From: Candidatus Latescibacterota bacterium
GTDB lineage: Bacteria > Latescibacterota > UBA2968 > UBA8231
NCBI GenBank assembly: GCA_963422735.1
Contig: OY730476.1
Span: 1,408,001-1,472,000, forward strand
Length of the DNA stretch: 64,000 bases
Direction: 5' to 3'
Each line of letters opens with the position of its first letter. Within the stretch, counting starts at the first letter, position 1. Position numbers and translations under genes: made by a program. Below, piece by piece: positions 42,792 through 52,978 of the stretch. The notes under the pieces are model-generated. The model saw only the letters and a program-made list of their open reading frames with translations. It had not been told where the DNA came from and searched no databases.

Positions 42792-43202
42792 TCAGCGATT
42801 CGCCAACAACTCCTCTATCTCAGGCGGGAAGCCGCGCTGCCCGTCGCGGTTGAGGCTGGTGCCGATAAGGCGGCCGTGCAGCACGTGTGCGCCGTCGACT
42901 TCTCTGAAGATGTCTTGGACAAAGCAAAAGCGCAGGCGGCTCTCCCGCTCCAACCGCAACTCAACTGCAAAGCGGTCGCCGCTTCTGAGGGGGGCCTTGT
43001 AGTCGATTTCGGCACGGGTGAGGACCAAGTCGTGGCCCTGTTGGTGGAAGCGGGCAAAGCTGAGGCCGAGGCTTTGCAAATACTGGTGACGGGCGTGTTC
43101 GAGGTAGTATTGGTAGATAGCATTGTTGACAATACCCTGGAGGTCGCATTCGTAGTCGCGGACGTCTAAGGTCAGCGTGAAGTCGGCAGGCTGTGCTGGC
43201 AT
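42792..43202 (-). CDS. Acyl-CoA thioesterase (YbgC/4HBT)
   Basis: VRDYECDLQGIVNNA.Y..YLEHAR. Confidence 0.92.
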   Translation of the reverse strand: MPAQPADFTLTLDVRDYECDLQGIVNNAIYQYYLEHARHQYLQSLGLSFARFHQQGHDLVLTRAEIDYKAPLRSGDRFAVELRLERESRLRFCFVQDIFREVDGAHVLHGRLIGTSLNRDGQRGFPPEIEELLANR

Positions 43203-43293
43203 GTTTTATCGTCCTATGGACAAGCAGCGGCACCGCTGCTTGTTGGATTGGGGGGACTTGGCTATTTTGTGCCCCGCAAAAGGAGAGCGAGCT

Positions 43294-44256
43294 ATGCTAA
43301 AAATATCCGTCTGGCACGGCGATTTGTCGGAATCGTACCTGCGCTACGTCACCCAGCTCGGAGTCGATTGCTTGGACTTTGGCTCGGGCGACTATTTCCC
43401 CGGGGTCAAAGAGCAGGGCTATCCCGACTTGGACGCCGTGATAAAAATAAGAAAAAAAATCCGTTCTTGGGGGTTGGACATCAATCGCGTGACCCTGCCG
43501 GACATAACCAAAAAATTCATGGCCGGACAGGACGGCTGCGAGAAGGAGCTGGAAAACACGGCCGCTGCGCTGGAGGTCTTTGCCGAGGCCGGGGTGCCCA
43601 TTGCGCGGCAGCGATTTCACGGCGATGTGTTCCCCTCGATGCTCCGCCGCTGGAACTCTCCGCGCCGCGGCGGCTACCACTACCGGGCCGAAAGCCGCGG
43701 CTTGGCTGAGAGCGATCAAGGCCCTCCCTCGCCCGAGGCTTTGGACACGTGGTGGGCGCGCTTTTGCACCGTGTACGAGCGCTTAGTGCCCATTGCCGAA
43801 GACTGCGACATCAAGCTGGCGATCCACCCTTCGGACTCGCCGCTGCCGGATACGCCGCTGGGGGGCTTGGGCTTTCACAAGGTCATCGACGCCTTTCCCA
43901 GCCGCCAAGTTGGATACCTCTACTGCTGTGGCACCCGCGCCGAGGCCGGGGGCTTGCCCTTAGTGCTCGACGAGGTTCACAACTACGGACGCAAAGGCCG
44001 GATATTCATGGTGCATTTGCGCAATGTGCGCGGGAGCTTGGCCACGGCCGGGGGCTTTGAGGAGACTCTGCTCGACGACGGCGACATGAACATGGCCAAA
44101 ATTCTGCTGGAACTGGAGCGGATGGGTTTCGACGGGTGCATCAACCCCGACCACATTCCCGCACTAGAAGGGGATGAGGGGTCCTTGACGCGGGGATTGG
44201 CGTACTCGGTGGGGTACATCAAGGCGTTGTTTGCCGCGTTGGCAGCGATCAGGTAG
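43294..44256 (+). CDS. Mannonate dehydratase (UxuA)-like protein
   Basis: LAIHPSD, VHLRNV, FEETLLDDGD, PDHIP, AYSVGYIKA. Confidence 0.8.
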   Translation: MLKISVWHGDLSESYLRYVTQLGVDCLDFGSGDYFPGVKEQGYPDLDAVIKIRKKIRSWGLDINRVTLPDITKKFMAGQDGCEKELENTAAALEVFAEAGVPIARQRFHGDVFPSMLRRWNSPRRGGYHYRAESRGLAESDQGPPSPEALDTWWARFCTVYERLVPIAEDCDIKLAIHPSDSPLPDTPLGGLGFHKVIDAFPSRQVGYLYCCGTRAEAGGLPLVLDEVHNYGRKGRIFMVHLRNVRGSLATAGGFEETLLDDGDMNMAKILLELERMGFDGCINPDHIPALEGDEGSLTRGLAYSVGYIKALFAALAAIR

Positions 44257-44259
44257 GAA

Positions 44260-45456
44260 ATGGAACCAAAAAAAAAGAACATCGCGGCGATCATCACCGA
44301 ATACCGCCCCAGATCGCACGCCGACGTGATCGTCTCCAAATTTCTCAAGGGATTTCCCACGGATGAGGGCTTGTTCGCGCCGAGGGTCGAGATCGCATCT
44401 ATGTACATCGACCAGTTTCCCGAAAACGACATCGGGCGGGCGATGGCCCAAGAGCATGGGGTGCCGATTTTTAACAGCATCTCGGCAGCACTCGGTCTGG
44501 GGGGACGGGAGCTAGCTGTGGATGGGGTATTGTCCATTGGCGAGCACGGGGACTACGCTTGGAACGAGAAGGAACAACAGCTCTATCCGCGCCGCTACTT
44601 TATGGAGCAAATCTGTGGGGTGATGGCAACGTCGAAGCGGGGGGTGCCGGTGTTCAACGACAAGCACTTGTCCTATAGCTGGACCGATGCGCTGTGGATG
44701 TACCAACGGGCGCAGGTGTTGGGGGCGGCGTTTATGGCTGGGTCTTCGCTGCCGGTGTGTTGGCGGCAGCCTTGGCTTGAGCACGAGTTGGAAACTCCTG
44801 TGGAGGAGGCGGTGGCGATCGGGTTTTCCGGGCTGGATATCTACGGGTTCCACACCCTTGAAGTGCTCCAGTGCATGGTCGAGCGGCGGCGAGGCGGCGA
44901 GACGGGGGTAGCGGCGGTGACCTGTCTGGAGGGGGAGGCCGTGTGGCGAGCCGCCGATGAGGGATTGTGGTCGCGAGACCTAGCACAGGCTGCCTGCGCG
45001 ACGATTGACGACAAGCCCGAGGGAACCATGGAGGAACACTGTCAAAATCCGGCACTTTTTGTGGTGGAATACAGCGACGGATTGCGGGGGGCCGTGCTGA
45101 TGCTCAATGGCTACGTCCACGATTTGGCGTACGCGGCGCGGATTGGCGGACAGGTGCAAGCCTGCGAGTTCCATGCCCAAGGGCACGGCGGGCCGGACGG
45201 GGCGTACGCACATTTCAGCTATCTGTCGCTCAACGTCGAAGAGATGTTCCTAACCGGCGAGGCCCAATATCCGGTCGAGCGCACACTGCTGACTAGCGGC
45301 ATCCTCGAGGCGGCGCTGACGTCTCGCTACGAGGGCTACAAGCGGCTGGAAACGCCGTGGCTGGACGTAGAATACTTGTCGTATGATACGTTGTGGCGAC
45401 CGACTGGGCTGCGACCGACCGGAGCTTGTCTGGATCCGTGGCCGCCGAGTGCGTGA
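44260..45456 (+). CDS. Conserved hypothetical protein (Rossmann oxidoreductase-like)
   Basis: SHADVI, GEHGDY, FNDKHL, YGFH.LE, YPVERTLL; long clean ORF. Confidence 0.7.
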   Translation: MEPKKKNIAAIITEYRPRSHADVIVSKFLKGFPTDEGLFAPRVEIASMYIDQFPENDIGRAMAQEHGVPIFNSISAALGLGGRELAVDGVLSIGEHGDYAWNEKEQQLYPRRYFMEQICGVMATSKRGVPVFNDKHLSYSWTDALWMYQRAQVLGAAFMAGSSLPVCWRQPWLEHELETPVEEAVAIGFSGLDIYGFHTLEVLQCMVERRRGGETGVAAVTCLEGEAVWRAADEGLWSRDLAQAACATIDDKPEGTMEEHCQNPALFVVEYSDGLRGAVLMLNGYVHDLAYAARIGGQVQACEFHAQGHGGPDGAYAHFSYLSLNVEEMFLTGEAQYPVERTLLTSGILEAALTSRYEGYKRLETPWLDVEYLSYDTLWRPTGLRPTGACLDPWPPSA

Positions 45457-45641
45457 GCAGTAGAAGCTGTCTGGAAACCCCCGGCGGCTGTACGGTGCGG
45501 TGTTTTATTAAAGGAGCCACCTGCTTCGCTTCACCGCGCCTTTAGGCGCGACCTCCGCTGCGCTCAGCATGTCAGCACCTGCGAACGGGAAGGACAATGA
45601 AACGCCAGCTTTAGCCTTCGCATACTCCAAGGAGAGATACC

Positions 45642-46679
45642 ATGATGCAATGTCTCGCCACAATCGCACTGGTTTTGGCGGCCGGCACGGCCTTCGCCCA
45701 AGAGCCGCTGGGCGATCCGTCGATTATACCCGAAGGTGCTAAGCTCGAAGTGCTCTTCGACGGCGCGTTCTTTTCCGAGGGGCCGGCTGTAGCCCCAGAC
45801 GGCTCGGTTTTCTTTAGCGACATTACCTTTTCCCAGACCTCGGGAATGCAGGCCGGGCACATCTGGCGCTACGATTCCAAGACCGGCAAGACCGTGATCT
45901 ACCGCTCGCCCAGCGGCATGTCCAACGGCCTCAAGTTCGACGCGATGGGCCGGCTGATCGCCGCAGAAGGCGCTGATTTCGGGGGACGGCGCGTGACGCG
46001 CACCGACTTAGCTACCGGCAAGGCCGAGATCATCGCCGGGCTGTACGAGGGCCGCCCCTTTAACGCCCCCAATGACATTTCCATCGACGAAAAGGGCCGC
46101 ATCTACTTCAGCGACCCGCGCTACCTCGGCCACGAGCCGATCGACCAGCCGGTGATGGGGGTCTATCGCATTGATCCAGACGGCACTATCGAGCGGATCA
46201 TCACCGACGCTGGCAAGCCCAACGGCGTCTGCGTGTCCCCGGATCAACAGTCGCTGTATGTGGTGAGCAACGACAACGGCAACACGGGTATCTTCCGCTT
46301 GGAGAACGCGCTGATGCACAAGGGCCGCATGGCCCTGTTGGCGTACGATCTGCACTCCGACGGCACGGCCACATTCCGCGAGGTGCTAGTTGATTACTAT
46401 CCAGAAGACGGGCCGGACGGCCTAGTCGCCGATGTCGAGGGCAACCTGTACGTGGCGGTGCGCGACGTGACGCGCCCGGGCATTGTCGTGTATTCGCCGC
46501 AGGGCGAGGAACTGGCCTATATCCCCACGCTTGAGGTCCCGACCAATGTGGCGTTTGGTCGCGGCGAGAAAAGCAAGACGCTCTACGTCACCTACGGAGG
46601 GGGCGCACCGCCGGAAAATCCAGGCATCTTGGCCAAGATAAAAGTCGGCAAGGACGGATACCACCTGCCGGTCCCATAA
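45642..46679 (+). CDS. SMP-30/gluconolactonase family, secreted
   Basis: Signal peptide; FSEGP, SNG, PND, PNG, PDG motifs. Confidence 0.92.
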   Translation: MMQCLATIALVLAAGTAFAQEPLGDPSIIPEGAKLEVLFDGAFFSEGPAVAPDGSVFFSDITFSQTSGMQAGHIWRYDSKTGKTVIYRSPSGMSNGLKFDAMGRLIAAEGADFGGRRVTRTDLATGKAEIIAGLYEGRPFNAPNDISIDEKGRIYFSDPRYLGHEPIDQPVMGVYRIDPDGTIERIITDAGKPNGVCVSPDQQSLYVVSNDNGNTGIFRLENALMHKGRMALLAYDLHSDGTATFREVLVDYYPEDGPDGLVADVEGNLYVAVRDVTRPGIVVYSPQGEELAYIPTLEVPTNVAFGRGEKSKTLYVTYGGGAPPENPGILAKIKVGKDGYHLPVP

Positions 46680-46683
46680 TTAG

Positions 46684-48393
46684 ATGACCACATTAGACTG
46701 GGCCGTCGTCTTGGTCCTCAACGGCGGCATTGTCACCTACAGCCTGATTGCCTTCCGCAACAAGGGCGAGAGTTTCGATTGGTACTTGGCGGCCAAATCC
46801 ATGCCTTGGTGGGTGATCGGGCTGTCGGCGTTTGGCACGGCCGTCGATAGCGGCGATTACGTCGGTATTGTCGGCGGGTCTTATAAGCTAGGGCTGTCGC
46901 AGTTGGCGCAGTGGTGGCTGGGCATCGCTGTGGGCTGGACCGTGCTCAGCTTCTTCGTCATCGTGCCGATGTACCGCTCTGGGGTTTTTACGAACGCCGA
47001 GTGGTTGGAGTTCCGCTTCGGGCCAGCGGCCCGCCTGCTGGCGGTCTTGATAAACGTCCAATCGCGAACCAACGTGCTGGGCAACATCTTCTTTTCCATG
47101 TTTCTAGTGCTTAATGTCATCGCCGGATTCGAGGAGATGACTTGCTGGTTGGTGGTAGTGGGCGTGGCACTCAGCTCGGTGCTCTACATCGTGCGCGGCG
47201 GCTTGCGGGCCGGGGTGCTGACCGACGCGCTACAAAGCGCGACGATGATCGTGGCCTCTTTTGTGCTCTGGGGATTCGTCTATTCGGGCTTGGGCGGCTG
47301 GGACGGGGTGACGACGCGACTGGAGGCAGTAGAGGAAGGGCTGGCGGATACGCTGCTGCGCGTAGGGGGCTATTCGCCGCCCGGTGTGCCTACTTTCATC
47401 GTGATATTTGGCTTTTTGGTGGTGTTGACTACGTATGCAGTCATCAATCAGTACGAGGCCATCCGCTTCCTCGGCGCACGCTCGGAGTGGGATTTCAAGA
47501 TGGCCGCGCTAGTGGCTAGCATCGCCACGGCGATATGCTTATTCTTCAACGTCAGCTTGGGGCCGATGGCGCGGGCGCAGTTCCCCGGCTTGGAAATCGT
47601 CGATCAGGCCTATCCGCTGATGATCGAAGCGTACCTACCCGCCGGGTTGGTAGGGCTGGTGGTCGCCGGGCTGGTGGCGGCTGGGTACTCGACCTTTGAC
47701 TCCATCGGCATTGGCATTTCCTCGCTCTTTGTGCGCGATGTGTACGCGCGCTTTATCGTCAAAGACGCCACGGACGCACACTACACCAAGGTGGGGCGGA
47801 TCTCGGTGCCGATTATTCTGGCGCTGGGCTTTGCGTATGTGCCCTTTTTGGGTGAGCAGGGGATGCTGCTGTTCTATCTGCGGCTGGCCGGGGCCATTGC
47901 TGTGCCGCTGATGACGGTCATTTTGATGGGAGTCTTCACGCGCGTACATCGCGAGACCGGGATCGTCGGCTTGCTAGTGGGGCTTGGCTACGGAATGTCG
48001 GCGATCTTGGCCGACTTCAACGAGTGGCCGCTGCCGGTGTGGTACCAAAACACGTGGTGGACCTACCTTTGGAACTTGGTGCTGCCCGCAGTAAGCATGT
48101 GCGTCGCTTCAAAGCTGATTGACTGGTGGCGCGGTCCGGTGCGCGACGAGGAACTGCGCGGGTTAATTTACGTCCGCCACGAGGACCTGGTCGCACTGCG
48201 CCCGCTAATGGCCCGGCGGCTCGCGGCGCTAGAAGGCACTTGGCTGCAGAAGACCCTGACCGAAGCACCCATCCGGCCGGAGTATCCCTTCGCAGTCGGC
48301 GAGGATGGTCCTAAGTGGTATCTGCGGCCGGGGGTATGGATCGGAGTCTATTTGGCCGGGGCCAGCTTGCTGCTCTTTGTGGTGATGTGGTAG
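46684..48393 (+). CDS. Sodium:solute symporter (SSS)
   Basis: AKSMPWW, EWLEFRF, GGLRAGVLTDALQ, STFDS; many TM helices. Confidence 0.92.
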   Translation: MTTLDWAVVLVLNGGIVTYSLIAFRNKGESFDWYLAAKSMPWWVIGLSAFGTAVDSGDYVGIVGGSYKLGLSQLAQWWLGIAVGWTVLSFFVIVPMYRSGVFTNAEWLEFRFGPAARLLAVLINVQSRTNVLGNIFFSMFLVLNVIAGFEEMTCWLVVVGVALSSVLYIVRGGLRAGVLTDALQSATMIVASFVLWGFVYSGLGGWDGVTTRLEAVEEGLADTLLRVGGYSPPGVPTFIVIFGFLVVLTTYAVINQYEAIRFLGARSEWDFKMAALVASIATAICLFFNVSLGPMARAQFPGLEIVDQAYPLMIEAYLPAGLVGLVVAGLVAAGYSTFDSIGIGISSLFVRDVYARFIVKDATDAHYTKVGRISVPIILALGFAYVPFLGEQGMLLFYLRLAGAIAVPLMTVILMGVFTRVHRETGIVGLLVGLGYGMSAILADFNEWPLPVWYQNTWWTYLWNLVLPAVSMCVASKLIDWWRGPVRDEELRGLIYVRHEDLVALRPLMARRLAALEGTWLQKTLTEAPIRPEYPFAVGEDGPKWYLRPGVWIGVYLAGASLLLFVVMW

Positions 48394-48448
48394 ATAGGCG
48401 TTTCGTTTTGCACTAAAACCAAATTTGCTAGAAGAAGGTACAAGTTAA

Positions 48449-49007
48449 ATGGCTGCCGGCTTGCAAGGGCCTTTTGGTTGGTTTGACGATGCTGGCATTT
48501 CCCCTTTAGAGAAGGCCAGTAAAAGGGGCGTCTATTTGTGGACTATTCCCACTGAGCTTGGCGAATTGGTTTACTACGTCGGAGAGACAAAAAGGGGCTT
48601 TTCCAAAAGAATGAAAGAGCATTTGAAGGAGCAGCTTTCGGGTATGTACCACATCTACGAACCCACTTCATTCGCATCGGGCGTTAAGCGCGACCTATGG
48701 AGCGGAATGTACAGACCGGACGTAGAGGAAGGAGGATTGGGGGAATTCGTAAATCGCCTGCCGAAGCTAGTTGATAGCCTAGTTGAATTTGTCCATCTCA
48801 TGCGTTTTCGAGTTGCCTCACTTGACTGCGAGGATCGAATCAGCACTCTCGCAATACCTTAGAAAACAGCCAGAACCTATTGGATCGTTTCAGGATGACG
48901 GAATCCGCTATGCGCTACGGAAACCAGACGAAGAACCTATTTTGATCAGATGCAGTCCGACGGGAAAAATTCGCGGACTGCCTGCAACTATTGACGGACT
49001 TTCCTAG
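48449..49007 (+). pseudogene. GIY-YIG nuclease-like, frameshifted, 3' end formed by the MITE
   Basis: GVYLW...YYVGET...KRMKEH; continues in another frame (IESALSQYL); stop TAG lies in the MITE TIR. Confidence 0.65.
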
Positions 49008-49181
49008 TGTACGGTTGGGAATTCAGGTTTCATTTAGGCGGTATCACTCGGCATGCCCTTAGCCCTCGTCCGGACCAGCGCGGTCCCCCGCGTCGATGTT
49101 CCGGGGCCCGTCGCCAAGGGGGCGGATGGGACTGACCCCTAACCCCTAACCCCTAACCCCTAACCCCTAACCACTAACCAC
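48995..49181. mobile_element. Second, right-truncated copy of the MITE
   Basis: CGGACTTTCCTAGTGTACGG...; aligns with 34710-34870 apart from substitutions and a 14-bp indel; then (ACCCCTA)x5 + ACCACTA; no right TIR seen. Confidence 0.85.
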
Positions 49182-49226
49182 AAAATTCGGCATTCCTCAC
49201 GTTTGTTCCCCTCTCACAGGTTATCG

Positions 49227-51575
49227 ATGACCGATACCACAGACCTCACTCCCGTCGAGCACCGCGCCGTAGCCGCCTCGCCCTTCGCCGCCCTCTATCC
49301 GTCCACCGAAAAGATCAAAACCATTGTAGTGGAGCACTTCCCAGCACTGGGCAAGCTAGCGGCGATGCGCTTTGTCGAATGGGTCCAAGACCATCCCGGC
49401 GGCGTGGTCTCGCTGCCGACGGGCAAGACTCCCGAGCACTTTATCCGCTGGATCGAGCGGCTGCTGAGGCATTGGGACGAGGCGGATATCCGCTGCCAAC
49501 TCGAAGAGGCCGGCATTGACCCAAGGCGCAAGCCGGACCTGCGCAGCTTGCACTTTGTGCAAATTGACGAATTCTACCCGATCGATCCCCGGCAGGACAA
49601 CAGTTTCTACGCGTATGTCAACCGCTTCTACATTGATGGTTTTGGGTTGGACCCGGCCAAGGCCCTGCGAATCAACTGCGCTGAGATCGGCCTGCAGGCC
49701 GGCCAAACTTTAAACGAGGTGTGGCCAGACGGCAGCGTGGATCTCTCGCTGCGCTACCGGGCCGCCCGCACCTCGCTTGAGCGAGTACAGCAGGACGCGC
49801 TGCAAAGGATCGACCAGTGGTGCCAAGAGTACGAGGAGCAAATCCGCGCCCTCGGAGGCATTGGCTTTTTCTTAGGAGGCATCGGCCCGGACGGGCACAT
49901 CGGCTTTAACGTGCGCGGCTCGGACCACTTTTCGACGACGAGGCTGACGGGGGTCAACTACGAAACTCAGGCTGCAGCCGCTAGCGACTTGGGCGGCATT
50001 GAGGTGGCGCGCAAGCGGCTGGTAATCACCATCGGTCTAGGCACGATCGTTGGCAATCCCGACTGCTGTGCCCTGATCATCGCCGCTGGCGAGGCCAAGG
50101 CTGGCATTGTCGCCGCCGCGGTCGAACAAGCACCAGACGTGCGCTATCCGGCCACGGCGTTGCATCGCCTACCCAGGGCGCGGTTCTATATTACCCAGGG
50201 AGCGGCCAAGGCACTCAGAGCTAGGCGGCTCGTACTCGTGCAGCAGCGGGTAGCCATGGACGACGAGATGGTGGAAAAAATTGTCATCGATTTAGCCTGC
50301 GGCTTGGGCAAAAAGATCATCGACCTGACCGAGGCCGACTTTGCCCAAGATGTCTTGGGAGCCGTGCTGTTGCGCCAGCACCCAGAGGGAATCGCCGCAC
50401 TGACGCAGCGGGTGAGCGATCGCCTAATAGGCAAAATCGAGCGGGGCTCCCAGACCCTTTCCGGTACGCGCTTCCTGCACACGGAGCCGCACCATGACGA
50501 CCTAATGCTGGGCTATCTGTCCTATATTGTCCGCCACGTGCGCGACGCCACCAACGTGCATTATTTCGCCTGCTTTACTGGCGGTTTTACTGCGGTGACT
50601 AACCGCTTTATCGAGGCTCATTTGCAACGGCTGCGGCACTTTTTGCCCAGTGCCGAATGCACGGCGCTGTGGGCGCAGGGCTACTTTGACCCCAGCTATG
50701 AAAATGGCCGCAACCGCGATGTTTGGCAGTACCTCGACGGGGTCGCTGCCGCAGATCCGCTCTTGTGCGATGAAGGAGCGGCACGGCGCTTTTTGCGGAA
50801 CCTCGTCGCGCTGTACGGCGTTGAAGACTTCGAGGGCATCGAGCCCCGGCTGACGGCGTTGGAGGCTTACTTTGCCAACCGCTATCCGGGCCAAAAGGAC
50901 GCGCCGGAGGTACAGATGCTCAAAAGCAAATGTCGCGGGTGGGAGGCCGAGTGTCTCTGGGGGTATTTTGGCTGGGATTGCGCCAGTGTCAAACACCTCA
51001 GCCTCGGCTTTTACACCGGCGACCTCTTCACCCAAGAGCCGACGCTCGAAGACGATGTGCCGCCCGTACTGGCGCTCCTCGACCAAGTATCCCCCGACGT
51101 AGTCGGCGTAGCTCTAGACCCAGAGGCTAGCGGGCCGGACACCCATTACAAGGTACTACAGGTGATCACCGAGGCACTCCGCCGCTACGAGCGACAAAGT
51201 GGACGCTCCGGTATCAAGGTCTGGGGCTACCGCAATGTGTGGTATCGCTTTGACCCCAGCGAGGCCAATATCTTCGTGCCGGTTTCGCTCAATATGTTCT
51301 CGGTCATGCACAGCGCCTTTATGAACACCTTTATCTCCCAGCGCGACTCCTCGTTCCCCAGTTACGATCACGACGGTCCCTTCTCCGAACTAGCGCAGCG
51401 GGTACAGGTCGATCAGTACCAGAAGATCAAAACCTGCCTTGGCCACAAGTGGTTCCACGAACACCCCAGCCCCCTGATCCGCGCCACGCGGGGTCTTGTC
51501 TTCCTCAAGGAAATGGATTTAGCTGAATTCTACGAGCGCAGCCGAGCACTCAAACAAGTGGCTGAAAACTGCTGA
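49227..51575 (+). CDS. nagB: Glucosamine-6-phosphate deaminase fused to PIG-L deacetylase-like domain
   Basis: LPTGKTP, QIDEFY, GGIGPDGHIGFN; C-terminal EPHHDD, DPEASGPDTH, WGYRNVW. Confidence 0.85.
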   Translation: MTDTTDLTPVEHRAVAASPFAALYPSTEKIKTIVVEHFPALGKLAAMRFVEWVQDHPGGVVSLPTGKTPEHFIRWIERLLRHWDEADIRCQLEEAGIDPRRKPDLRSLHFVQIDEFYPIDPRQDNSFYAYVNRFYIDGFGLDPAKALRINCAEIGLQAGQTLNEVWPDGSVDLSLRYRAARTSLERVQQDALQRIDQWCQEYEEQIRALGGIGFFLGGIGPDGHIGFNVRGSDHFSTTRLTGVNYETQAAAASDLGGIEVARKRLVITIGLGTIVGNPDCCALIIAAGEAKAGIVAAAVEQAPDVRYPATALHRLPRARFYITQGAAKALRARRLVLVQQRVAMDDEMVEKIVIDLACGLGKKIIDLTEADFAQDVLGAVLLRQHPEGIAALTQRVSDRLIGKIERGSQTLSGTRFLHTEPHHDDLMLGYLSYIVRHVRDATNVHYFACFTGGFTAVTNRFIEAHLQRLRHFLPSAECTALWAQGYFDPSYENGRNRDVWQYLDGVAAADPLLCDEGAARRFLRNLVALYGVEDFEGIEPRLTALEAYFANRYPGQKDAPEVQMLKSKCRGWEAECLWGYFGWDCASVKHLSLGFYTGDLFTQEPTLEDDVPPVLALLDQVSPDVVGVALDPEASGPDTHYKVLQVITEALRRYERQSGRSGIKVWGYRNVWYRFDPSEANIFVPVSLNMFSVMHSAFMNTFISQRDSSFPSYDHDGPFSELAQRVQVDQYQKIKTCLGHKWFHEHPSPLIRATRGLVFLKEMDLAEFYERSRALKQVAENC

Positions 51576-51589
51576 GAAAGGAACAGACA

Positions 51590-52093
51590 ATGCTTAGCAA
51601 AAAAATACAGCAAGCCCTCAACGACCAGCTTAACCTTGAGTTTTCCTCAGCCTATACGTACCTGTCGCTGGCGGCCTACTTCGAGGACCTCGACCTCAAC
51701 GGTTTTGCCCACTGGATGAAGATCCAGTACCAAGAGGAGCTGATGCACGCGGAAAGGATCTATGCCTTTATCAACGACCGCGATAGCCGCGTGCGCTTGC
51801 AGGCCCTAGCGGCACCACACAGCGAATGGGGCTCACCGCTGGACGCCTTCAAGTTCGCCCTAGAAAGCGAGCGGGCCTTGAGCGAGAAAATCTATGCGGT
51901 AGTAAATGAGGCTCTCGCCGAGCGCGATCACGCCACGCACACTTTTATGCAGTGGTTTGTCAAAGAGCAAGTGGAAGAGGAGGCCATCGTCCGCAACATC
52001 GTCAGCGATATGGAAATGATAATCGAAAGCCGCGACGGTCTCTTTCTGATGGATCGGGACCTAGCGGGAAGGCAGCCTCAGTCCGAGGAGTAG
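51590..52093 (+). CDS. ftnA: Non-heme ferritin
   Basis: LNDQLNLE, QYQEELMHA, WFVKEQVEEE. Confidence 0.93.
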   Translation: MLSKKIQQALNDQLNLEFSSAYTYLSLAAYFEDLDLNGFAHWMKIQYQEELMHAERIYAFINDRDSRVRLQALAAPHSEWGSPLDAFKFALESERALSEKIYAVVNEALAERDHATHTFMQWFVKEQVEEEAIVRNIVSDMEMIIESRDGLFLMDRDLAGRQPQSEE

Positions 52094-52409
52094 ATTAGGC
52101 TGCTTGCTCAGGCGCGTTGGAGGGACTTCCAAAGGCTGCGGGCAAGCCGGCGCGTACTGCGTCGTCAAACAAAAGTTGGCAATGGAGTATCCCCGCTCGG
52201 CAGATTCATGTTGTTGCGCTTCTGTCCGCATCTGCTTGGTCCTCGTTAGAAGTGAAACCGCCGTGCGCCAAGGCCGCGGCAAGGCGAAAAACCCCACCGA
52301 ATCCATTGAAGCCAATCCAAACAGGCCAATCCCCCCTCCGCTTGAAAGAGGGGCCGCTCCGGCCAAGCCGCCAAAGCCCCCCATCGTCGTTAACGCTAGA
52401 GCGAGCGCA

Positions 52410-52625
52410 CTTGAACCAACTGTGCCCCAGCGCGTACACCTTCGCCAAATTGCGCCCTTCAAACAGCAGCCGCAACGCCAAGTCCCTTTGCAGCAGTCCA
52501 TAACGATACTGGGTCGCCCACACGAGATGATACTCAATCTTATATTTCGTAGGACGGCCTTCCCAATCAGCCATCGCGCAAGCATAACGCAGCCGCTGGC
52601 TGAAAGACGGGGGTTTTAACCCAAT
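52410..52625 (-). mobile_element. tnpA: IS200/IS605 tnpA 5' remnant with end sequence
   Basis: YKIEYHLVWATQYRY; end AAAACCCCCGTCTTTCAG. Confidence 0.65.
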
Positions 52626-52678
52626 CTTCGGACGAAGTCCATTTGTGCTGCGCCCATTCTGCGCTATCTTGCTCTCAC

Positions 52679-52978
52679 ATGGAAAACACATACTTCGTCC
52701 CAGCCGACGCCGAGCACGTCGCCCGAGAGAAAAATAAGGCCAAGGTGCTGCGCCGCTCTCAGTGGTGGAAGCGCACACGGGCCGCTGGCCAGTGCTACTA
52801 CTGCCAGCAGTCGTTTGCGCCCGATGAACTGACCATGGACCACGTGGTGCCACTCATCCGCGGCGGCCGCACCACCAAATCCAACGTGGTGCCTTGCTGC
52901 AAGCACTGCAACAGCCAAAAGCAGCACCTGCTCCCCGTCGAATGGGCGGCCTTAGAGCGGCTGCGCGGCAAAGCCTAG
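52679..52978 (+). CDS. Small HNH endonuclease
   Basis: CYYC, TMDHVVP..RGG, NVVPCCKHCN. Confidence 0.9.
   Translation: MENTYFVPADAEHVAREKNKAKVLRRSQWWKRTRAAGQCYYCQQSFAPDELTMDHVVPLIRGGRTTKSNVVPCCKHCNSQKQHLLPVEWAALERLRGKA

Noticed and set aside
45520-45575. ncRNA or terminator hairpin
   Set aside because: Looks like a degraded REP-type repeat; single copy, no T-tail, too weak to call.
52290-52315. CRISPR-repeat-like ending ATTGAAGC
   Set aside because: Single occurrence, no array.
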